A stretch of 64,000 nucleotides of DNA from Balanoglossus misakiensis (taxonomy: Eukaryota > Animalia > Hemichordata). Position 1 is the stretch's first letter; every line of letters begins with the position of its first letter. Position numbers and translations under genes: made by a program. Shown here piece by piece: positions 52,710-64,000 of this stretch. Under the pieces are notes generated by a model. It was not told the origin of the DNA, did no database searches, and saw only the letters and a list, made by a program, of their open reading frames with translations. Where the stretch lies: NCBI GenBank assembly GCA_040954595.2, contig CM082582.2, forward strand, positions 248,001 to 312,000. Direction: 5' to 3'.

Positions 52710-55700
52710 AGAGATATTGACGGAATTCAAGAAAAAATAACCATTTTGGCCATATTTTGACAAAAATGGTAAATTTTTAAAAAAATCATAAAAAATTAAC
52801 TCTTTTCATCATTTTCGGAAATATTATGGAGCATGAAGTGTCGTTCTCTTGAAAAAAGTGCTGCAAATTCCAGAAAAGGCGGTATAATTTGAATCACCCA
52901 AGACAAAATTACCATTTTCGACTTTTTTTCGAAAAATTGTCTTTTTTACAAAATAAATAAGAATAAATTCTTTTCTTAGTTTCAAACGGGTGGAGATACT
53001 TTCCACACGGGTTTTCTAACATTGAATTCCCGTTCATCAACTCAGATTTCCTACAGCATAAGTCGGCTAAAACCCTGACACTCTAGAGCAGAAACAGTTG
53101 CACACTGGTAACGTTGAACAAGTCGATTTTTCTACGGCCTGGCTCGGCTAAATCTCCGTCACAATATGACAGACACTAGCGTACGTTAGCAACGGTGATG
53201 AAGTCAGATTTTCTACGGCATGGCTTGGATAAAGCACCAGCACTCTAGAGCAGAAACACGCGTACAGAGACCACGTTGATCAAGTCTGATCTCCTACGGC
53301 TTGGCTCGACTAAAACCCCGGCACACTATGACAGACACTAGCGTTCGTTAGCAACGTTGATCAAGTCAGATTTCCTACGGCATGGCTTGGCTAAAGCCCT
53401 GGCACTCTAGAGCAGAAACACGCCTACAGAGACCACGTTGATCTACTCACATTTCCTTCGGCCTGGCACGGCTGATGCCCCGGCACTATATATAGGACAG
53501 AGACTGGCGTAAGTTAACAACGGTAATCACGTCGGGTTTCCTACGGCCTGGCTCAGCTGAAGCCCCGGCACTCTAGAGCAGAAACACGCGTACAGAGACC
53601 ACGTTGATCAAGTCTGATCTCCTACGGCTTGGCTCGACTAAAACCCCGGCACACTATGACAGACACTAGCGTTCGTTAGCAACGTTGATCAAGTCAGATT
53701 TCCTACGGCTTGGCTTGGCTAAAACCCTGGCACTCTAGAGCAGAAACACGCGTACAGAGACCACGTTAATCTACTCACATTTCCTTCGGCCTGGCACGGC
53801 TGATGCCCCGGCACTATATATAGGACACAGACTGGCGTAAGTTAACAACGGTAATCACGTCGGGTTTCCTACGGCCTGGCTCAGCTGAAGCCCCGGCACT
53901 CTAGAGCAGAAACAGGTGTACATTGACCACGTTGATCAAGTCAGATTTCCTACGGCCTGGCTCGACTAAAACCCCGGCACACCATGACAGACACTAGCGT
54001 TCGTTAGCAACGGTGATCAAGTCGGATTTCCTTCGGCCTGGCTAGGCAAAAGACCCGACACTCTAGTACAAAGACGTTGGCTAAGTCGGGCAAACCGAAG
54101 AGGGAAAGTCACAGCGGGTCAACACTCGACATTTGTTCGGGTAGGACTGCATTATTGCCTGTCAATTTATTGAGAAAGCCCGAATTTAACAGGGGCGTTT
54201 CAAACACCGACGTTAGTTGGGGGCACGGCCTGCAGTACTGCCGGGTAAGCTGACATCGGCGGACCGCATATAATGTAAGGGGGGGGGGGGGGAAACAGAA
54301 CGGCTCAATACTACATTTATTAGATATCAGCTAATTTTGGACAATCATCTAAAATCTAAATCATTTTTTCATATTTGGATATCTGATGATGTATGAAATT
54401 TCCATTATATGTAAAAATGGTGCTGATTATAAAAAATACACTCTGAATGAGCTGATTTAATACAAAATTGCGTTTTATTCGTTTTTGCACCAAAAAGGTC
54501 ATTTTTAGGCAAAACATTCTTTATTTTTTTAATTCGGTGACCTGATCATATATAAACAATTGCTTGTATGTTAAAAGTTTTTATGACTTTTAAAAGCAGG
54601 GACACTAGCGGCATTCAACACGAAAATAACAATTTTAGCCACAATTTGGTCAAAATGGTAAATTTTTGAAAATTACAAAAAATACCTGTTTTCTACATTT
54701 TCGGAAATCTGATGGAGTATACAATGCTCTTCGTATGTATATATCGATACAAATTCCATAAAAGACCGTCTAATTTGGCTCACTGCAGACAAAATTGCGT
54801 TTTACCAAAGTTTCCTTGAAAATGTCATTTTTAGAAAAATAAATAAAAAAACCTTTGTTCTTCGAATTTGGTGCCCTGATCATATATGACATGTTGATTG
54901 TATGTTAAAACTTTCGACCACTCCAAAAATGCAGAGATATTGACGGAATTCAAGAAAAAATAGCCATTTTGGCCATATTTTGACTAAATGGTAAATTTTC
55001 AAAAAAATCATAAAAAATAAACTCTTTTCTTCATTTTCGGAAAAATTATGGAGCATGAAGTGTCGTTCTCTTGTAAAAAGTGCTGCAAATTCAAGAAAAG
55101 GCGGTATAATTTAAATCACCCAAGACAAAATTACCATTTTCGACTTTTTTTCGAAAAATTGTCTTTTTTACAAAATAAATAAGAATAAATTCTTTTCTTA
55201 GTTTCAAACGGGTAGAGATACTTTCCACACGGGTTTTCTAACATTGAATTCCCGTTCATCAACTCAGATTTCTTACAGCATAAGTCGGCTAAAACCCTGA
55301 CACTCTAGAGCAGAAACAGTTGCAGTTGCACACTGGTAACGTTGAACAAGTCGATTTTTCTACGGCCTGGCTCGGCTAAATCTCCGTCACAATATGACAG
55401 ACACTAGCGTACGTTAGCAACGGTGATGAAGTCAGATTTTCTACGGCATGGCTTGGATAAAGCCCCGGCACTCTAAAGCAGAAACACGCGTACAGAGAGC
55501 ACGTTGATCAAGTCTGATCTCCTACGGCTTGGCTCGACTAAAACCCCGGCACACTATGACAGACACTAGCGTTAGTAAGCAACGTTGATCAAGTCAGATT
55601 TCCTACGGCATGGCTTGGCTAAAGCCCTGGCACTATAGAGCAGAAACACGCGTACAGAGACCACGTTGATCTACTCACATTTCCTTCGGCCTGGCACGGC

Positions 55701-56999
55701 TGATGCCCCGGCACTATATATAGGACACAGACTGGCGTAAGTTAACAACGGTAATCACGTCGGGTTTCCTACGGCCTGGCTCAGCTGAAGCCCCGGCACT
55801 CTAGAGCAGAAACAGGCATACATTGACCACGTTGATCAAGTCAGATTTCCTACGGCGTGACTCGGCTGGTGCACCGGCTCTATATGACACAGACTGGCGT
55901 AAGTTATCAACAGTGATTACGTCGGATTTCCTACGGCCTGGTTTAGCTGAAGCCCCGGCACTTTAGAGCGGAAATACGCGTACATTGACCACGATGATCA
56001 AGTCAGATCTCCTACGGCCTGGCTCGACTAAAACCCCGGCACACCATGACAGACACTAGCTTTCGTTAGCAACGGTGATCAAGTCGGATTTCCTTCGGCC
56101 TGGCTCTGCAAAAGACCCGACACTCTAGTACAAAGACGTTGGCTTAGTCGGGCAAACCGAAGAGGGAAAGTCACAGCGGGTCAACACTCGACATTTGTTC
56201 GGGTAGGACTGCATTATTGCCTGTCAATTTATAGAGAAAGCTCGAATTTAACCAGGGCGTTTCAAACACCGACGTTAGTTGGGGGCACGGCCTGCAGTAC
56301 TGCCGGGTAAGCTGACATCGGCGTACCGCATATAATGTAGGGGGGGGGGGGGAACAGAACGGTTTAATACTACATTTATCTGTTATCAGCTAATTTTGGA
56401 CAATCATCTAAAATCTAAATCATTTTTTCATATTTGGATATCTGATGATGTATGAAATTTCCATTATATGTAAAAATGGTGCTGATTATAAAAAATGCAC
56501 TCTAATTTAATACAAAATTGCGTTTTATTCGTTTTTGCACCAAAAAGGTCATTTTTAGGCAAAGCATTCTTTATTTTTTTAATTCGGTGACCTGATCATA
56601 TATAAACAATTGCTTGTATGTTTAAAGTTTTTATGACTTTTAAAAGCAGTGACACTGGCGGCATTCAACACGAAAATAACAATTTTAGCCACAATTTGGT
56701 CAAAATGGTAAATACCTGTTTTCTACATTTTCGGAAATCTGATGGAGTATAGAATGCTCTTCGTATGTATATATCGATACAAATTCCACAAAAGACCGTC
56801 TAATTTGGCTCACTGCAGACAAAATTGCGTTTTACCAAATTTTCCTTGAAAATGTCATTTTTAGAAGAAAAAAATAAAAAAACCTTTGTTCTTCGAATTT
56901 GGTGCCCTGATCATATATGACATGTTGATTGTATGTTAAAACTTTCGACCACTCCAAAAATGCAGCGATATTGACGGAATTCAAGAAAAAATAGCCATT

Positions 57000-59900
57000 T
57001 TGGTAAGTATCAATTTTTTGTATATTATTGAGGTAAGATAAAAATGTGCGAAGGTTTGGCAATACTGGCTTAAATTTATATTTAAAGATAAAATTCTTTG
57101 AAAGTAATATAAAGTAATTCAGGGCTAACCACTCATCGTTTGTGTGGTTACTTTGAAAATTCTATTTTATACCCACCAAAACATCAAAAGGGGACAGCTC
57201 AATGGCAATATTACACTTTGTCTGTAATTGCAACTCTACATCCTTCCAAAAAGACAAAATACAGTCGCATTCGAAAAATAAATGTATAAGGATTTCCTCA
57301 TAATTTTCACAGAAGGTGCATTTCACAGAATCGCATTTTCCCCCTTATCTTTAAAAATGTATTTGTAGTACAGATTCTACTAGCAATTCTGAATTGAAAA
57401 TTACGCAAAGTAGAATCCTTTGTTACAATAAATGGTAAAGCATAGTGTAATTGCGAATCAAAATTCCCGAAGAGGTCTTTCCATTTTTGCGTACATCACA
57501 TCGGTTTAAGATTATTCTTCAAAAATAACTTATTATAAGTAAAATAGAGTAGGTTTTTTTCAGGATCTATTTGTGTAATACATGTTTGGGTGGTCATTAT
57601 TTACAGAGCCTTGTTGCTGAATCTTTCTGAACCGTGATCTTGGAAAAGCGTTGATTAAACCCATATGAAGTTTGGTGAAAAATTGTGTCTGTTACTAAAA
57701 TCTTGGAAAGATAAAATGGAACCGGAAAAATCTAATAAATCCGAAATATACATTACAACATTATCATACCAGTTTTTATAAAATATGGTAGCGTTGTTAA
57801 CTTTCATCTCTGGTTGAACTATATACACTTTTTTATGTTATTAATAGGGTCGGGGGGGGGGGTAAAGTTTTTGACCAACATAGTAGTACTGAGTACCAGA
57901 AGCTATGACGTGAAAATCTGTTTCTGGCAAACTCCACGACCTGAGCGGGGGTGAAGTGGGTAAGATAGCAGGGGATATACCCACAGTTTAAACATTTCTA
58001 TCCACTGAGAATATTGATTGGACATTAATCTGTTAATCCACGAAGCATGCACTGCTTGAACGAATGAGGGAAGATGGGTCATTCGCAAACCCCACTCATC
58101 ACAATTACAACATAATCTTAATCTATTGACTTTATCAGGTTTTGAATTCCGATAAAACTCTAATAAGTGTACATATTTGATGATCTGACATGGGAGGTAA
58201 GGATGAGAAAATATGAATAAACTTTGACAAAGCAAGTGTTTTAGCTATTGTAATCTTGCCAAACAAGGTCACAGGTCGCCATGACCACTTAGTAAGCAGT
58301 GTGGACACTTCCCTTACTTTTGGTGTAAAATTTAACATATCGAGCCCAACAAGATCAACGTTCAGGTTAATACCAAGAACTGTTAACGGTTCATCAACCC
58401 ATAATAAGTTCTTGTTTGGCAACAAAATATCATGTGAATGGCATTTAGCGCCAAACCAAACCAATTTAGTTTTTTGGTAGTTAATTCGCAAACCCGACAG
58501 AAAAGTAAAGAAACCCAAGGTAGCAAACAGATTTTTCAGAGAACTTTCAGAACCATCTAAATATACAAAAATATCATCTGCGTATTGCCCCAGTAATTTT
58601 TTTTTATCTCTAAGTGTAATTCCTTCTATATTACTATGGGCTCTGATTTCATGCGCAAGTTTTTCAACACAGGTGATAAACAGGTACGGTGATAGAGGAT
58701 CCCCTTGTCTAACACCTCTCTCGAGGGGAAAAAATCAGGAAAGTTTCCGTTATTTATAACACAACTAGTGGTGTTTTTATAAAACACTTTGACCCATTTT
58801 CTGAAAGAGGGATAAAAATTAAACTTTCTCAATGCTTTATCGATAAATTCCCAAGAAAGCGTGTCAAACGCCATTTCAAAGTCTAGAAGTACAAGAAAAC
58901 CTTGTCTATCTTTGAAGTTAACGATACATCATCAATCAAACGTGTATTTTCACCAATATACCTTCCTTTCCTCAGAAAACCTTTCTAGTCAGGGTGAATA
59001 ATTTTTGGCAAGAACCGTTTCATACGGTTTGCTATAACACCAGATGCAATCTTATCATCCGTGTTTAGCAATGTAATACGGCGCCAATTTTTCATGTGAA
59101 ATCTATTCTTGTTGGGTTTCGGGATACAAGTAACAATTCCCCGCTTTTGAGAAATAGACATTTCGCCTGAGGAGTAGGCGGAATTAATTGCACGGGCTAT
59201 ATAAACACCAATGTCGGGCCAAAAAAATTTCGGCAGAAAAACCGTCTGTTCCTGGTGACTTATTATTTGCTATTGACTTCAACACTACTCCACATTCATG
59301 CTTAGACAGGGCCCCTTCCAAAGAATCCCGTTCCTCAGTACTCAAAGTAGGCAAAGTATTTCCATGCTGCATAAAATTATCTAACTGATCAATATTGCAA
59401 GCAACGTTTTTGGTAGCCGCATATAGATTCCGGTAAAACTTAGATTGTTCACGAAGGATGTCTTCGTCCTCAGTTATTGTGGAGCCAACACTCAGGCACA
59501 GCTGACCGATGGCTTTATTGGTGAAATGTCTCTTTTCCATAGAGCAAAAATACTTAGTAGGTTTTTCCCCTTCTGTAGACCACCTGGCCCGAGCACGTAC
59601 GCGACTTCCTTCTACTTTTTTGACAGTATGCTATCAACTGTTCTTTTTTCATGCAGTTCATCTAACATGTCAGGCGTTTATAGATCATTCACACGAGTTT
59701 CTAGTAAAATATTCTCCGTTTCAAGCTGTTTCTCGGCCCTAATAAATTCCTAGTTGCATACGAAATCGTAACTCCACGAATTTTTATTTTCAACGTATCC
59801 AAGAAAAGTTGATCCGAAATGGTAAAAGTGGGACCAGCTTGAGAGCTTCCCTCCTGTCTGTACTCATCCTTAGTATCCCGAATTGTGTTTTTAACAATGT

Positions 59901-60255
59901 CCACATAATCGTTGTCATCCGAGAGAGACGTATTGCAGAGTGGTCACTCCGGTAACCGACACAAATATTTGCAGTTGCGGTCATATTAGCGAATTCAGGC
60001 GTAATAAGAAAATAATCCAGTCTTTTGCGCCTAACCTACGTAAATGTACGCGAGGACTCGTTTATCACCCGCCAAATATCTATCAAATTATACTCATCAC
60101 AGAGAAGATCAATTTGTTGCCTTGCATCCGAGTGAGAGTCTGTAGTGCGGCCAGCTGTGTCAGCATCAAAACCCTCACTACATTCCAGTCCCCAACTGCA
60201 ATAACTGAATTATTACCAAACATATTGATCTGCCATTTCAAATCAATATAGAATC
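57000..60255 (-). mobile_element. Decayed L1/Tx1-clade LINE ORF2, copy 2
   Basis: ORF track repeats at +8880 (49023 to 57903, 50304 to 59184) with nearly identical peptides and shared frameshifts. Confidence 0.93.
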
Positions 60256-61217
60256 TAGTACCACCTACCCCAAGACCATGCGTAATCCCATAGGATACAC
60301 ACATTTCAAAGTTGTCTCTAAAGAAGTGTTTTATTGTTAAATAACTAATGTTAACATTTCCTTTCTTGTTTAGTATATATAGAAGTCAATAATCCAAACC
60401 CCAAAAAGCTGTCAAAAATTTGCTTCACAAAAACAAAATCACAATCATTGCGTTGTCTTTGGGGATGAATATTTTCAAAATTGCCGAAGAAAATAATTTA
60501 AAAATCATATAATTAAATAATCAAAAATTAATTTTACTCCTATTTGCACTTCCCGTAAAGAGCAGTGTCTAAGCTTTCTAAAAATATAAGGTTTATGTAC
60601 TTTGAAGCTAGCTTTATTGTTGTAGGAGAGGATATAGTACCCCCTACCCGAAGACCATGCGTAATCCCATAGGATACATGCATTTCAAAGTTGTCTCTAA
60701 AGAAGTATTGTATTGTTATATAACTAATGTTAACATTTGTTTTCTTGTTTAATAAATAGAAGTCAATAATCCAAACCTAAAACGTTGTCAAAAATTTGCT
60801 TCACAAAAAGAAAATCACAATTGTAACATTGTCTTTTGAGTGAAAATTTTCAAAATTGCCGAAAAAATTAATTTAAAAATCATCTAATTAAATATTCATA
60901 AATATTGTTTAATAAAGTTTGTGCTTCCCGTAAAGAGCAGTATCTAAGCTTTCTAAAAATATGAGGTTTATGTAATTTCATGGTAGTTTTATGTTTTTAG
61001 GAGAGAATATAGTACCCCCTACCCCAACCAATTTTTCGCCATTTTGAGCGGCACATACCATTCAAAAACCACCCCGGAGGGGTAGTGCAACCCAAATATT
61101 CAATGTTAACATCTTTTTTCTTGTTCAGCACGTTCTAAAGAACAAAAAAATACCCAAGTGGTAGGTTTATGGGGGGGGGGGGGGGGTGCACGGTGGACCC
61201 GTCGAGCCCACGGACTA
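60256..61217 (-). mobile_element. Helentron/HINE-like element, copy 2 (one ~377-bp unit fewer)
   Basis: Same sequence as 51375-52709; offset drops from 8881 to 8508 across it. Confidence 0.6.
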
Positions 61218-62503
61218 AGAGATATTGACGGAATTCAAGAAAAAATAACCATTTTGGCCATATTTTGACAAAAATGGTAAATTTTTAAAAAAATCATAAA
61301 AAATTAACTCTTTTCTTCATTTTCGGAAATATTATGGAGCATGAAGTGTCGTTCTCTTGAAAAAAGTGCTGCAAATTCCAGAAAAGGCGGTATAATTTGA
61401 ATCACCCAAGACAAAATTACCATTTTCGACTTTTTTTCGAAAAATTGTCTTTTTTACAAAATAAATAAGAATAAATTCTTTTCTTAGTTTCAAACGGGTG
61501 GAGATACTTTCCACACGGGTTTTCTAACATTGAATTCCCGTTCATCAACTCAGATTTCCTACAGCATAAGTCGGCTTAAACCCTGACACTCTAGAGCAGA
61601 AACAGTTGCACACTGGTAACGTTGAACAAGTCGATTTTTCTACGGCCTGGCTCGGCTAAATCTCCGTCACAATATGACAGACACTAGCGTACGTTAGCAA
61701 CGGTGATCAAGTCAGATTTTCTACGGCATGGCTTGGATAAAGCACCGGCACTCTAGAGCAGAAACACGCGTACAGAGACCACGTTGATCAAGTCTGATCT
61801 CCTACGGCCTGGCTCGACTAAAACCCCGGCACACTATGACAGACACTAGCGTTCGTTAGCAACGTTGATCAAGTCAGATTTCCTACGGCATGGCTTGGCT
61901 AAAGCCCTGGCACTCTAGAGCAGAAACACGCCTACAGAGACCACGTTGATCTACTCACATTTCCTTCGGCCTGGCACGGCTGATGCCCCGGCACTATATA
62001 TAGGACAGAGACTGGCGTATGTTAACAACGGTAATCACGTCGGGTTTCCTACGGCCTGGCTCAGCTGAAGCCCCGGCACTCTAGATCAGAAACACGCGTA
62101 CAGAGACCACGTTGATCAAGTCTGATCTCCTACGGCTTGGCTCGACTAAAACCCCGGCACACTATGACAGACACTAGCGTTCGTTAGCAACGTTGATCAA
62201 GTCAGATTTCCTACGGCTTGGCTTGGCTAAAACCCTGGCACTCTAGAGCAGAAACACGCGTACAGAGACCACGTTAATCTACTCACATTTCCTTCGGCCT
62301 GGCACGGCTGATGCCCCGGCACTATATATAGGACACAGACTGGCGTAAGTTAACAACGGTAATCACGTCGGGTTTCCTACGGCCTGGCTCAGCTGAAGCC
62401 CCGGCACTCTAGAGCAGAAACAGGCGTACATTGACCACGTTGATCAAGTCAGATTTCGTACGGCGTGACTCGGCTGGTGCACCGGCTCTATATGACACAG
62501 ACT

Positions 62504-64000
62504 CGAGAATCATCTCCAGTAAACGCAAAGGCGCTGTTGCTGCTAAAATCGACGTATCCTTTCACCAGGCTAAGCTTTTGCTTGAGTCTAGTTTCTGGCC
62601 ACCAAATGTATTTTGTAGACAGTGGCTAGGTGAACAAAAATTTTCAGAGAGTCAATTAAACCGTATACAAAGAAAAAACGACTCCACAGATGTTGATAGA
62701 TTCGTTCAATAATTTTATTTTTCTGAATCTGTGGATTTATTGTATTTCAATGACTTCTGTAGAAGCGGAACAATTGTTAAACTCTGATTGTTATAGGAAA
62801 TGTAATTCATATTCTTACTCTGAGTTCTGCAACTTGGTTAGTAATACACCTATTTCTACATTCTCTATATCTCATTGTAATGTTCGGTCCCTCAGTCGAA
62901 ACTTTCATGACTTTAAATTGTTTTATGAGTCACTTGATGAATCAAAAATCAAAGTTATAGCATTATCAGAGATTTGGCAGGTTCAAAATAAAGAGCTTTA
63001 TTGTTTAGAAGGCTATCATTTGGAAACAAAATGTCGAAATGACCAGCGGGGTGGGGGAGTTGGGGCATATATAGACTCATCTTTGAATTATACCTCCATT
63101 GAAGCGACTGTAAATCATTCTGAATCTATCTGGCTCAAATTTGACTTGCCAAAGAAAAAATCACTCATTCTTGGAGTAGTGTATAGGAAACCAAACACTA
63201 ATATAGGCGAATTCCTTGAAAGTCTTGAATCTGTATTGACTGATATTGACCGCAAGAAGATGCAGTGCATACTTGTGGGTGACTTTAATGTAAATGCGTC
63301 TGATTTAAATGCATATGAAACGGTTGATCTTAATAATAGTATGTCTTCTTTTAACCTAACTCAGATGATCACTGTGCCAACACGTATATCAGATCATTCA
63401 AGAACGGTTATTGATCATATTTATACAAATATACATAGTCATTTTGTTAATTGTGGAACTATTGATGTTCATCTTGCTGACCATTTGCCTATATTTGCCA
63501 TCTTTGAGGATCTACGTATTTATTTCCAAAAACCAAAGAGACTTTCAGGGACTACCGTAATTTTAATATAGGTTTATTTCAAGATGAGTTTAGTAGTGTC
63601 AATTGGGCAGCTGTGTATGAGAGTACTGATGCTAATACAGCATATGACTCGTTTTTAACCATTTTCTCGAATATTTGTAATAAGCATGCTCCACTGCTTT
63701 CTAAAAAGCTTAGTTCAAAAAGAAAAATACGGAAACCATGGATAACTGCTGGAATAAAAAAATCAATTGACCAGAAACACAAGCTCTACTCAAATGTCTT
63801 AAAAACTAATTATCGGCCAGACGTCTTTACAAAATACAAATGCTACCGGAACATGCTTACAAATATTCTGAAAAAGGCTAAGCAAGATTATTATTCTGAC
63901 CAGTTTACATACTATCAAGCAGATACTAGTAAGACATGGAAAGTTATTAATGATATTTTGAGGGGTGGTGGTAAACATGTAAATCTACCAAGTAGTTTAC
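62504..64000 (+). mobile_element. CR1-group LINE (Crack/L2-like): ORF1 C-terminus and ORF2 AP-endonuclease region, runs off window
   Basis: ORF1 end FWPPNVFCRQW; ORF2 HCNVRSL, IALSEIW, RGGGVGAYI, VYRKPN, LVGDFN, PTRI...TVIDHIYTN, ADHLPIF; frameshift near 63540, then KPWITAGIKKSI and KAKQDYY...KTWKVIN. Confidence 0.93.

Larger units (their letters stand above)
32482..62503. repeat. Macrosatellite, ~2.05-kb higher-order unit (ten complete G-run landmarks plus partial units)
   Basis: GCATATAATGTA(G)n landmark at ~33254, 35150, 37204, 39254, 41301, 43345, 45385, 47425, 54278, 56339; each unit has ~11-13 monomers of ~81 bp and ~2.3 AT-rich monomers of ~335 bp. Confidence 0.97.

Overview
Repeat-dominated, AT-rich eukaryotic DNA; the repeat families look like those of a marine invertebrate (inference). 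No intact protein-coding gene, rRNA, tRNA or CRISPR array is visible. 1-32 kb is a mosaic of non-autonomous DNA transposons (TTA-, TTAA-, TA- and 9-bp-TSD types, one nested pair and a chimeric derivative), long fold-back elements, microsatellites, five local tandem arrays (units ~91, ~210, ~277, ~280, ~285 bp), a 5'-truncated L2 LINE and two minus-strand exons resembling ELAC2 (tRNase ZL). 32.5-62.5 kb is a hierarchical macrosatellite: ~81-bp GC-rich monomers plus ~335-bp AT-rich monomers form a ~2.05-kb unit. It is interrupted twice by the same composite insert (decayed Tx1/L1-type LINE fused to a Helentron-like tandem-repeat element), repeated at an 8.88-kb offset. A CR1-group LINE cuts the array at 62.5 kb. 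All alignments and translations were done by eye; family names rest on recalled motifs, not database searches.
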